NCBI GenBank assembly: GCA_046757025.1
Contig: JBHHXN010000068.1
Span: 1 to 24,683 of the forward strand
DNA length: 24,683 bases
Reading direction: 5' to 3'
From: a bacterium
GTDB taxonomy: Bacteria > Zhuqueibacterota > Zhuqueibacteria > Oceanimicrobiales > Oceanimicrobiaceae
Of this stretch, positions 18,601-24,683 are shown one piece after another. The notes beneath the pieces are model-generated. The model was not told where the DNA came from. It saw only the letters and a list, made by a program, of their open reading frames with translations, and searched no databases. The position numbers and the translations under genes were made by a program. Position 1 is the stretch's first letter; the number at the start of each line of letters is the position of its first letter.

Positions 18601-19773
18601 GGCGGCTTCTTCAGCCTCGAGCCGAATGGTGTTCAATTTCAAGACAGTACCCTGCTGACGATTGTTTACTCAGATAGTGAAATCGTCGGTCTGGATGAAA
18701 AAAAACTGGCTGTATTTGGAGAAGATTCTTTGGGCACCTGGCATTATCTGGCCTCCAGCACCTATCCGGATTCAAATAAAGTCGCAGCCTGGATTCCTGA
18801 CTTCAGAACTTACACCCTGGCGCCGAGCATGCCGCAAGGTCAGTTTGGCATGTCTGCGAATCCTGACAGTTTACCAGCGGATGGCATATCCACTGCCGCA
18901 ATTACTTCGGAGCTCTTGTATAACAACGACGGCAGTCTAATACCCGATGGCAGTTTGTTTACCGTCCTGGCTTCGCGCGGAAAAATTCTCACTTCGGATG
19001 CAAATCCATTCATTTCTGGCATCCAGGTACCTGTGACAGCCGGTATTCTGAAATTCAGCGTCCAGGCTGACTCATTATCGTTTCCCGTAGAGTTGACGGC
19101 TCATTCTGTGGAGGGATTCGCTCAAGGCCAGATGACTCTCAACCTGTACGATGTTACGATTCCCCAACCCCCAACGCTGCTTTCAGTAGAACCCTCAGAA
19201 CGGGGAATTAAAGTCAAATGGCAAGTCACCGGCGAAGTCGATTTAGCTGGATATCGCCTATGGTTCGATACCGATTCCAGCGGCGCACCTTATAGTGGTT
19301 CTGCTTCTGTTTTTGGTGAAAACAGCCCGGTTTCCGTCGGGATAATTGACGAATATACTTTGACTGGTTTATCAGTGGATTCTACGTACTACATTTCAGT
19401 CACAGCTTTTGACGTCTCTGGTAACGAAAGTGGCTATTCCAACGAGTTGAAATTAGTTACCAGTCTCGAATTTCCTAGGATTATTAATTTACCGAAACAA
19501 TTCTCTCTGCATCAAAACTACCCCAATCCGTTTAATCCGATTACTACAATTCAGTACACTTTGCCCGAGATATCACAAGTTGAAATTCGCATCTTTAACG
19601 CCTTAGGTCAAACCGTGACAAGACTGGTAACACAAAGCCAGGAGCCGGGTGTTTATAAGGTGGACTGGAATGGCACAAATGACCATGGCGTTTTAGTAGG
19701 GAGTGGCATTTATTTCTACCGCATTCAAGCCGGCGATTTTGTGAAAGTGCGCAAAATGATTTTGATCAGGTGA
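12622..19773 (+). CDS. Giant secreted protein: SBBP-associated N-terminal domain, SBBP beta-propeller repeats, PQQ-like beta-propeller, Ig/carboxypeptidase-regulatory domains, unknown central region, invasin-like Ig, FN3, C-terminal sorting domain
   Basis: Start likely ATG 12622 or 12616 after GGAAGG (ORF open from 12577); FIENVGQFDPQVRF and SYFKGNDPTNW; about seven YSTFLGG...IAVD..G.AYV.G.T.S..FPTT.GAF repeats; WPMYQHDAQHTGRS followed by PAIG.DGTIY...LYAINPDG..KW repeats; SLPADGISTAAIT; YYISVTAFDVSGNESGYSNE; QNYPNPFNP...RKMILIR. Confidence 0.92.
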   Translation: MSLVKIVKTVAHLAERQIKLKASHYLKKKCLVFVLPCLFAFLFGFSENVEIHAAQGNASIMFIENVGQFDPQVRFKVQGENGTIFLTDDAIWISLLQPTAAEEEKSQLEVHHLFENTDSEDFFGGINLRVSFVADNSNTKMEGIAQQTTSVSYFKGNDPTNWHTNVPVWGGVRYIDIYPGVNLEITGEYGRWTWRMVSSDPNTLLNVRLQVEGAKVLGLEEDHLTLMTSYRNFNLPLIQTASSITKSISLIGNEVSAPFIVSSSQRNDLNESLVDNQLNLVYSTFLGGSSSDYGQAIAVDNSGAAYLVARTYSSNFPTTVGAFKPGFLGGVYDVVVSKLSPNGDALIYSTFLGGSDFDYLGDIEVDDSGSAYVGGWTWSGNFPTTSGAFDTHHDGVEPYVTKLSPDGGSLIYSTFLGGDASGILEGIAVDDNGSAYVTGLTFSANFPITTGAFQTVLAGGAEAFVAKLKADGSDLVYCTFLGGSGDELGTYGGNIAVDNQGAAHVAATTRSQDFPTTSGAFQPAFANGEMGYISKVNATGSDLIYSTYLGGANGHDEIYGLDVDNNGAVYVVGRTSEIRRGDPIGFPITDGAFDQSFNGRVDAFVTKLNPGGSGLVYSTFLGGNHIEQAYGITVLENGKVFVTGGTSSPDFPVSTDAFDSEHNGSSDVFVASLSADGGNLEYSSYLGGSSLERGFDIVNDEDGSLFITGDSHSSDFPVTSDAFDDSHNGSADAFVTKLGFGITEPTTQAPWPMYQHDAQHTGRSLFKGPDQPEIKWTFDTGTERWLISSVVGADGTIHITSYDNYLYAINPDGTLKWKFLAGSSNDSSPAIGADGTIYIGSSSYYDKKFYALNPDGSVIWIYIPDLGITHPPAIGTDGTIYLTTSVSLHAINPDGSGKWVSTLGTGGSDLITTPPTIGLDGTIYVGKQDKDLYAINPDGTEKWQFTIDSEYHGFKSPQAIGADGTVYAGSDYGRLYAITPTGNLKWEFSTVAHSGIFTSPAIGLDRAIYLGHYNGRIYAINPDGSLKWEFYSGDYQDRFSTVAIDREGVLYVLSEKDNSLYALRNNQTIKWKIQIDSPLSVGTIGRHSPVIGYNETIYLGSTDGKLYAVGRKSQLPKLAIPYVVPIALQIKDWGESVTYTITVRDDNNSPVSGARIFVIDQLQSLEDWLPSTTDENGQITYTTTVPEGIANDTYYVTFDAVKTDYQDSQRAPRRIHVNHRIDYATLKGTVVEEGSNKPIEDAFVRINPLVIGGHTKTDQQGRWELQIPGGRGYELRIIADGYKSVEETGLKLYNGTTTTLIHRLIPELPEYDDYRIVPVASAPNPDVLEIPEGGIGYAWFVLEGRNVHNQWLPVSNTLVEARDAQGYIIESRSNWLNYPFLSDPFNIQQSGVFPIKIPADMIMNGKSGSEETITVYNANGQNLSAGSQASILARVVPYKYTASWGYRIYGKLGLGVTGGIITATAFAGGGSGATIEIDFTGLNPNPAWSKLKILRRDDIFIGAEIELGPPDLIEASFAPGLDASAEGVWTFPYQREYTFDLANLQGLEAVIAFYLFYAPTITYASAVGPAGGQIAVAFLSWLVEDIITNSSPEALAIVRTADEVGLDIGANVSVGVQLGIDFSNDLELSMSASFGDAHFGGSLKKSVDNQRQVRLYNFGSLDLQSMVGPQMLFESGIESKYFYPWRMRHNLRPQRFGVGFELLVNWRQSDWYRVRFSSSLESNWTPFNLFNLPGEKQQYKHYLQIDDETVRNKLFNVAKIPSQAWNIGKTGVSVFLDNADWKEDLLHFLTAIYNDQNARLPVKVGYGLDVTDKTDFGLDIDLEFPLPVAPPLVIKVGGGIEAAITREYHLGEGFWSLGVPYFQTVMPSPPNNQTGFLQVMHALWNQVISGNVWEELKNVIVSYLKDTELNNSTGISLQIASSQKVVLNKRGSSIVLRSGSIPSGLDSTYCRYYEWAAKPTNPTLTTKQRMAIQKYNHRLRQLREKVVGLHYGIGGFFSLEPNGVQFQDSTLLTIVYSDSEIVGLDEKKLAVFGEDSLGTWHYLASSTYPDSNKVAAWIPDFRTYTLAPSMPQGQFGMSANPDSLPADGISTAAITSELLYNNDGSLIPDGSLFTVLASRGKILTSDANPFISGIQVPVTAGILKFSVQADSLSFPVELTAHSVEGFAQGQMTLNLYDVTIPQPPTLLSVEPSERGIKVKWQVTGEVDLAGYRLWFDTDSSGAPYSGSASVFGENSPVSVGIIDEYTLTGLSVDSTYYISVTAFDVSGNESGYSNELKLVTSLEFPRIINLPKQFSLHQNYPNPFNPITTIQYTLPEISQVEIRIFNALGQTVTRLVTQSQEPGVYKVDWNGTNDHGVLVGSGIYFYRIQAGDFVKVRKMILIR

Positions 19774-19839
19774 GAAGCTTTTTGAGTTGTGATAATTTTG
19801 TATGAGCCTTTAAAATAAAAAATGGAGGAGGATTCTTTC

Positions 19840-20268
19840 ATGAAAAAACACCTTGCAGTAAAATGGATGATTTTAATTTGGTGCATGTTTTTAGTGGCCG
19901 CTTGCCAGAAAAATACCGACACTGCGAAAGAAAAAGTCCCGCAAAAAGATTTGCTGCAGTGTATGGATGAATATCATCGCATATTGCGGCCGCTGATACA
20001 CCAGGCTCTGCCGAATGAGGATTTTGCCGCTTTTAAAAAGAGCTCGCAGGCGCTGCTCATCTGTGCAAAGAATTTAGAGGCGGCTGCCACTCCTGAGAAA
20101 TATGGAGATCAGAAAGCCGAAATCGAACTGCTGACGGCCGGCATTTTAACCAAAACACACTCGTTCCAGGAAATTTGTCAGAGCGGCAGCGATGCGGATA
20201 TTCTGGATGCTTTCATACGGATTCACGATGACTACGAAGCCCTGGCAGATATCGTTTACAAGCTGTGA
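19840..20268 (+). CDS. Small alpha-helical lipoprotein, function unknown
   Basis: GGAGGAGG upstream of ATG 19840; lipobox VAA-C; amphipathic helical pattern with spaced His residues (EYHRILRPLIH...IRIHDDY). Confidence 0.85.
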   Translation: MKKHLAVKWMILIWCMFLVAACQKNTDTAKEKVPQKDLLQCMDEYHRILRPLIHQALPNEDFAAFKKSSQALLICAKNLEAAATPEKYGDQKAEIELLTAGILTKTHSFQEICQSGSDADILDAFIRIHDDYEALADIVYKL

Positions 20269-20336
20269 GTTTGCCAGATAATCCTTGTTAGGGCTTAATC
20301 TTAAGGAAGATAAGTGTAAAATTCAATTTTTCAATT

Positions 20337-20675
20337 ATGTTAAAATTAAACGGATTTTCAAAACTAGTAATTCTTTTTAAAGCTTAAACATTTCCAAACG
20401 AAGAAAAATTATTAAAAACAACCATACAGATTGGGTTGATACGATATAGAAGATGTGCTTCGATATTTATTAATAAAGATGGTTTGTATTTACGAATTAA
20501 AAAGATTTTCAAGAGTTACCCTGTAATTTTTATTCCCTGGACGTCTATTAAAGCAAAGAAAAAAGCAAGATTGTTTGGTCGAAATGCGATACAATTAGAT
20601 TTTAAAAACTCTAACCTTCCTTCCATTAGGATTTATGAATCCGGTTTTAATGAAAAAAATAATTTCACTGAGTAG
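20337..20675 (+). pseudogene. AT-rich small hypothetical gene with an in-frame stop
   Basis: ATG 20337 is in frame with ORF 20436-20675 but interrupted by TAA at 20385-20387 (MLKLNGFSKLVILFKA*TFPNEEKLLKTTIQIGLIRYRRC...GLYL...IFIPW). The GLYL...FIPW pattern resembles a small hypothetical family I recall but cannot name. Confidence 0.5.
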
Positions 20676-21031
20676 ATTTATTTCTACTCAACTTCACCAA
20701 CTCAACCCCAGGTTGTTACAGTTAAAATTACAAAACGATAGCAGGCACTTTGAGGTTTGCAAATCTATTCAATCATTGAGCAACTTTACAATTGATTCGC
20801 CAGCAATCGCCTCTTTTTGCAGGCGAATCGGTAGAAAGAATCATAGGATATGAAAGAAATGTGTTACGAATCGGTGTAATGGATTTTTACTCCATGCACT
20901 GCATAAAAACCGAAATGTTCGAGCGTAAATAAATACAATTTCATCCGAGGAACACATCGCGGCTTCGAGTTGAAAAACGATTATCGATTAAATCCACTGT
21001 CAGGATTGCGGTTATTTCAGCACCGGTGCAA

Positions 21032-21289
21032 TCAAAATCGCCAATCCACGCGCCATGTTATCTGCCTGCGCAGGCAATCCCGTGCGATGATTTCTACATC
21101 GAACTGTTTGGGGAAGGAAACATCTGCCAACTGTTCCGAACCACGGCCGCTGCCTGGAATTATTTCCAAGTGAACTTTAATGGAATGATAGCCGGATTCA
21201 AAATGTAATTCCTTTGTCGCAGGTCGGTTCTTTCTGACATCTTCGAGCTCATAAAAACTGACGTCCTGCTTTTGCTCATTCTTGCTCAA
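21032..21289 (-). CDS. Possible small hypothetical protein or gene remnant
   Basis: 85-aa ORF with protein-like composition, but a TTG start, no clear SD and no recognisable motif. Confidence 0.3.
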   Translation of the reverse strand: MSKNEQKQDVSFYELEDVRKNRPATKELHFESGYHSIKVHLEIIPGSGRGSEQLADVSFPKQFDVEIIARDCLRRQITWRVDWRF

Positions 21290-21409
21290 ATCACGTAGAT
21301 TTATTGCTGATCAGTTAGTTTCCTCAGCTACCCAAAGCCCATATTTGAATCACAGCCATCTGGTGCATATTTAAAAAGATCTTCGTACTGTTTCGGCGAT
21401 GAGAAAAGG

Positions 21410-21459
21410 GGATTCTCAAACCATCGGCAGGCTGTAACCTTCGGATGGTTGAGAAATCC
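21410..21459. repeat. REP-like imperfect hairpin
   Basis: ggattctcaaaccatc...gatggttgagaaatcc; core AACC-N7-GGcT gt AACC-N7-GGTT. Confidence 0.6.
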
Positions 21460-21476
21460 AACTACTTGCCCCCCTG

Positions 21477-21507
21477 ACCCTGACAGGGTATGGAACCATG
21501 TCAGGGT
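21477..21507. repeat. REP-like hairpin
   Basis: accctgaca (21477-21485) and tgtcagggt (21499-21507) are perfect 9-bp inverted arms. Confidence 0.65.
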
Positions 21508-21532
21508 TGACTTACTTTAAAATTGATGTAGA

Positions 21533-21570
21533 TCCCGCAACAGGCTCGAACATCCCTGTTCGTTGCGGGA
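21533..21570 (-). terminator. Stem-loop just downstream of the 21587-23491 gene (possible terminator or stabiliser)
   Basis: tcccgcaa/ttgcggga outer arms plus cgaaca-tccc-tgttcg inner stem, ~16 nt past the stop codon; U-tract weak. Confidence 0.45.
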
Positions 21571-21586
21571 GGAGCTCATCCTGATT

Positions 21587-23491
21587 TCACTTCATCAACG
21601 TCAACTTCTTCGTCGCCACGAATTCGGCTGTTTCCAGACGGTAAACGTAGATGCCGCTGGCCACTGGCAATCCGCGGGCGTCTTTGCCGTTCCAGACCAT
21701 CTGGTGGCGGCCGCCAGCCAGGGCGCCGTCGTACAGCGTGGCCACTAACTGCCCCTGCAGGTTGTAGATCTTCAGGCTGACTTTGCCCGCCTGCGGCAGT
21801 GAAAAGACAACGGTCGTGCTCGGGTTGAACGGATTCGGGTAATTCTGCTCCAGAGCGAAATCCGTGGGCATGGCCGCGAACTCCGCAGACTCGTCTGCGG
21901 CAGCCTCATCCGCTAACAGCACCCTCTTCGGAAGCGCGGTGGTGGAGCCGTAGTGCAGCAGGGTTACGCCTTCCTCTACCTGGATGTTTCTGGCGCAAAT
22001 AGCCCCCTTGAACACGGCCTCCTTCTTGAGGAACACATGGTGCCGCGGCGCAATCAGATTGCCCAATACCCGCGCCCCCTGGTCGATGCGCATGTCGTCG
22101 GTGCAGTTGACCGTCACGAACCGACTCTCGATGCCGGCTGCGGGGCCGTCGATGGTCACTTCCGAGTTGGCGCTGAAAACGATGTCGTCTTTCACGTTGA
22201 TGGTCACCTCGCCCTCGTTAGCGTCGATGGCCAGGGTGGCGCCTTTGTCCAGCCGCAGCCTTTCGAAGAAGTACTCGCCGCTGCTGCCGTCGTTCTCGAG
22301 GTTGAGGGTGCCGCCCCGACGCACTTTGACTTCGCCGTAAGCGCCGGGAGACAGGTCACGGCTGCCGTTTTTGGGCACGCGCACGTTGTCGCCGCCGGTG
22401 GTGAAAGCCAGGCTAGGTAGCGGAATTCTGGCCACGGAGCCGTTTTCGGTTTGGGTGCCGGTGACGGTGGCGCCGGGCTCCACCTGCAGGTCGTCGCCGG
22501 CGGTGACGTCCCCGTCGATGGTATTGTCTTTCTTGATGCGGATGTCGTCGTAAGAGTGCAGGTCGCCTTCGGAAAGGGCCGGGCTATCGATCTGGATGTC
22601 TTTATTGGCCAGCAGCATGAGCCCGTGCGGCAGAGCCGGGAACACCCTTACCGTCACGTCTTTGCTGCAGGTGCCGCCGTTGCCGTCGTCCGCGGTCACC
22701 GTGACCGTGTGCACGCCCGGTCTCAGGGTCGAAGGGCTGACGGTGATGGTGAGCGGGTCGCCGTCCGGGTCGGGGATGCCGGTGACATCCCCGCCAGAGA
22801 GGGTGGCCTGGCCGCTCGGCCCCACGGTTTGGTCGCCGATTGAGGCATTGCTGCAGTCGGGGGGCCGGTTGTCATGGTCGAGTGTCGTGAGGTACCAGGT
22901 GTCGCCTGATGGATTGAAAGTCCCGTTAATCCCATTGCCGGTCTCAACCCAGCCAGGAATACTGCCGGTGTTGATTCCGCCATCCCCAAGTGCGGGCGAC
23001 TCAAAGTCGTGGTTGGTCACGGCGATTGGCACGTTGTCGGCAGTGAACCGTACGTTGTCGAAATCGAGGTGGCCCGAATTCAACACGCCGATCCGAATAC
23101 CAAGAGGACCGACAGGGTCGGTCGCGGTCGCCGTGTGATTTAGTGTGACGTCCCCAAACGTACCCGGCGCTGCGGGCGATGTCGCACTCGATGTGCTCGC
23201 GATCACGGTGCCGCCCGACAACAGATCGATTTGGTAGCCCGCAAATGGAACGTTTTGGCCGCCGTCTCGGTGGCCGATCGCGAACGACAACGCGTACGCC
23301 GTGCCCGATACCAGATTCGTCGTCGTCGTGTGGGCGAACTGACCAGTAGAGGATTGAAAGAAGAAGCCGACACGCGGTCCGCTCATCGTGCCGAAAACGC
23401 CACCTCCCTGAGGCAAACCAGTCGTTGCAGCAGCCAGCAGGAACAACACACAGCAGGCCAGGGTGAAATAGTGTTTTATGTTTTTCATCAT
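21587..23491 (-). CDS. Secreted protein: permuted HpiC1/Stig-cyclase-like beta-sandwich, Ig-like domain, beta-helix-like region, C-terminal sorting domain
   Basis: SD AGAGGAG before ATG; signal peptide; GYQIDLLSGGTVIAS...LGIRI...LDFDNVRFTAD; DPDGDPLTITVS...VTADDGNGG; repetitive beta-helix-like V/I-x-G pattern; EQNYPNPFNPST...KKLTLMK; GC-rich codon usage. Confidence 0.92.
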   Translation of the reverse strand: MMKNIKHYFTLACCVLFLLAAATTGLPQGGGVFGTMSGPRVGFFFQSSTGQFAHTTTTNLVSGTAYALSFAIGHRDGGQNVPFAGYQIDLLSGGTVIASTSSATSPAAPGTFGDVTLNHTATATDPVGPLGIRIGVLNSGHLDFDNVRFTADNVPIAVTNHDFESPALGDGGINTGSIPGWVETGNGINGTFNPSGDTWYLTTLDHDNRPPDCSNASIGDQTVGPSGQATLSGGDVTGIPDPDGDPLTITVSPSTLRPGVHTVTVTADDGNGGTCSKDVTVRVFPALPHGLMLLANKDIQIDSPALSEGDLHSYDDIRIKKDNTIDGDVTAGDDLQVEPGATVTGTQTENGSVARIPLPSLAFTTGGDNVRVPKNGSRDLSPGAYGEVKVRRGGTLNLENDGSSGEYFFERLRLDKGATLAIDANEGEVTINVKDDIVFSANSEVTIDGPAAGIESRFVTVNCTDDMRIDQGARVLGNLIAPRHHVFLKKEAVFKGAICARNIQVEEGVTLLHYGSTTALPKRVLLADEAAADESAEFAAMPTDFALEQNYPNPFNPSTTVVFSLPQAGKVSLKIYNLQGQLVATLYDGALAGGRHQMVWNGKDARGLPVASGIYVYRLETAEFVATKKLTLMK

Positions 23492-23553
23492 AGTTCTCCT
23501 CTTTTATTGTTAATGTTAAATTATCTTTCGGTCTGTCAATATTGCTGATGAGA

Positions 23554-23664
23554 TTATTCTTTCGTTACCAATATCACCTCCTTTCCGGTCGTGCATAGCC
23601 GAGCGCCGCACCCCAGATGGGGCTGCGGCACGCTGCCGACGGCAAAAAACATGTGTGCGTTCAT
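23554..23664 (-). CDS. Putative 36-aa leader peptide upstream of the 23491 gene
   Basis: GGGAGGA-cagc-ATG; MNAHMFFAVGSVPQPHLGCGARLCTTGKEVILVTKE*; overlaps a GC-rich hairpin; below the ORF-track cutoff. Confidence 0.4.
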   Translation of the reverse strand: MNAHMFFAVGSVPQPHLGCGARLCTTGKEVILVTKE

Positions 23665-23762
23665 GCTGTCCTCCCATTATTTGGGTTCTCTTCTTTTGTG
23701 ACTGGTAGAAAATAGCAAAAACGCAGGGCCGATTTCTTGTCATTTTCGCGCATCGAAGGGCG

Positions 23763-23931
23763 GAATCCCCAAACTCCAGGCTCCAAATTCCACTTGTCCC
23801 GAGACTTCGGGAAATAAATCGCAAGCACCAATACGAATAACCCAAACAGGTTTTTGGCACCGGTTTGTGTTGTTGGAATTTCGACCATTGGCATTTGTTT
23901 GGAGTGTTTGGGTTTGGGGGATTGGGATTTT
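23763..23931. repeat. Inverted array of degenerate 7-mers (MITE-like, long hairpin) with an embedded short palindrome
   Basis: Left arm C/A-rich heptamers (caaactc caggctc caaattc ... caagcac caatacg aataacc caaac); right arm G/T-rich (gtttg ... gcatttgtttg gagtgtttg ggtttgg gggattg ggatttt); cccgagacttcggg inserted in the left arm. Confidence 0.65.
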
Positions 23932-24085
23932 GAGGTGGGAAACCAGATGAGCCAGAACTGAACACGGTTTTTCAACAAGAAGAGAAGTGACTTTGTCGCT
24001 GCAGTCTACATAGTCACGTCGTCAACCGCCATGAGCTGTAAAAGCTTGCCAAAAACGGCAGGACTTTACAACGCATGGATTACCC

Positions 24086-24460
24086 CTATAATAATGAATG
24101 GAGATCCCTTTCTGGCGAAAGGTTCCTCAAAAACGCTTCGCAGGGCAGGCAGAGAATGTTCTTTTTCAATAGCCGCTCTTTGCCCCGATACAGAAGCACG
24201 GCGCGACTCTGCGGATAATCGGCCTGAAAAGCCCGCAGAGGACGCAGGTCTTGCTCACGTACCCGCAATGAGTTTTTGACTTCAAAGGCGTAGATTCCGG
24301 TTTCGCCGTACAACACGAAGTCCACCTCGAGCCCGCCGCGTGAGCGCCAGAAGTAAATTTCGTATTTCTTGTTGCGGTAGGCATTCCAGGCGCGCAAATG
24401 CTGGGCCACGAGTCCCTCCAGCATGGCCCCACCCATGGCTTCCGGTTGATCGAGCGGACC
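24086..24460 (-). pseudogene. C-terminal fragment of an AAA+ ATPase / DUF4143 family protein
   Basis: GAMLEGLVAQHL...IYFWRSRGGLEVDFVLYGETGIYAFEVKNS matches the DUF4143 end and PD-(D/E)xK-like tail. No Walker A/B upstream; sequence 5' of GPLDQPE does not look homologous. Confidence 0.8.
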
Positions 24461-24683
24461 ATCTGCTTTTGAATAGGCTTCACAAGTGGGCCGGCTTACA
24501 AATATAAGAATTGGGATTTGGGGGAGAACTTCTGATACTCCGATGGCGAGCAGCCTTGCGGTATTTGAAGCTGCGGGTAAAATTGGTCTGATCGCTGAAG
24601 CAACTGCAGGGCAAAGCAGAAAGCGCAGCAAAAAAACGGCGTTTTATACCATACTTCGAAAAATACGCTTGTTTTTTAAAGTA

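Noticed and set aside
20287..20294. GTTAGGGC as an integron attC/attI core before the AT-rich gene
   Set aside because: No matching inverse core or attC-type hairpin was found, and there is no integrase in the window.
133..23548. Numerous 60-200-aa antisense or alternate-frame ORFs overlapping the large genes
   Set aside because: Shadow ORFs of well-supported coding sequences, with no motifs or start signals.
23573..23585. atcacctcctttc as a 16S rRNA 3'-end fragment
   Set aside because: Flanks do not resemble 16S helices 44/45 or an ITS; treated as an SD-like motif on the - strand.
23516..23978. ORFs 23516-23965 and 23661-23978
   Set aside because: They translate the heptamer repeat element (PQNPNPPNPN-type low complexity) and have no supporting SD or motif.

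Overview
Bacterial accessory region dominated by large secreted multidomain proteins. Five genes end in the same C-terminal sorting domain (consensus L.Q.YPNPFNP.T.I.Y.LP...G.Y.Y....G.....KKM.L.K/R; T9SS type A / FlgD-Ig-like). Together with strong Shine-Dalgarno use, this suggests a KSB1/Calditrichota/Ignavibacteria-like diderm (inference). The + strand carries, in order: a Zn-ribbon/TPR gene, a 1713-aa HExxH protease + FN3 + M23 + 3xSLH protein, a non-catalytic FN3 cargo, a glycine-zipper lipoprotein, a 1251-aa BNR + PGRP-amidase + 3xSLH protein, a pseudogenised duplicate of that lipoprotein, a ~2385-aa SBBP/PQQ double-propeller protein, and a helical lipoprotein. An AT-rich decayed segment and REP-like hairpins follow. 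The - strand carries a GC-rich secreted protein with an apparently circularly permuted Stig-cyclase (HpiC1)-like domain and a possible leader peptide. A heptamer-repeat inverted element and a truncated DUF4143 ATPase end the window. The two best leads are (1) the repeated 'peptidoglycan hydrolase - 3xSLH - sorting domain' architecture interleaved with lipoproteins, a candidate antibacterial/predation array, and (2) the permuted Stig-cyclase-like domain. No rRNA, tRNA, CRISPR array, integrase or transposase was seen. Domain calls come from motif recognition by eye, not database searches.
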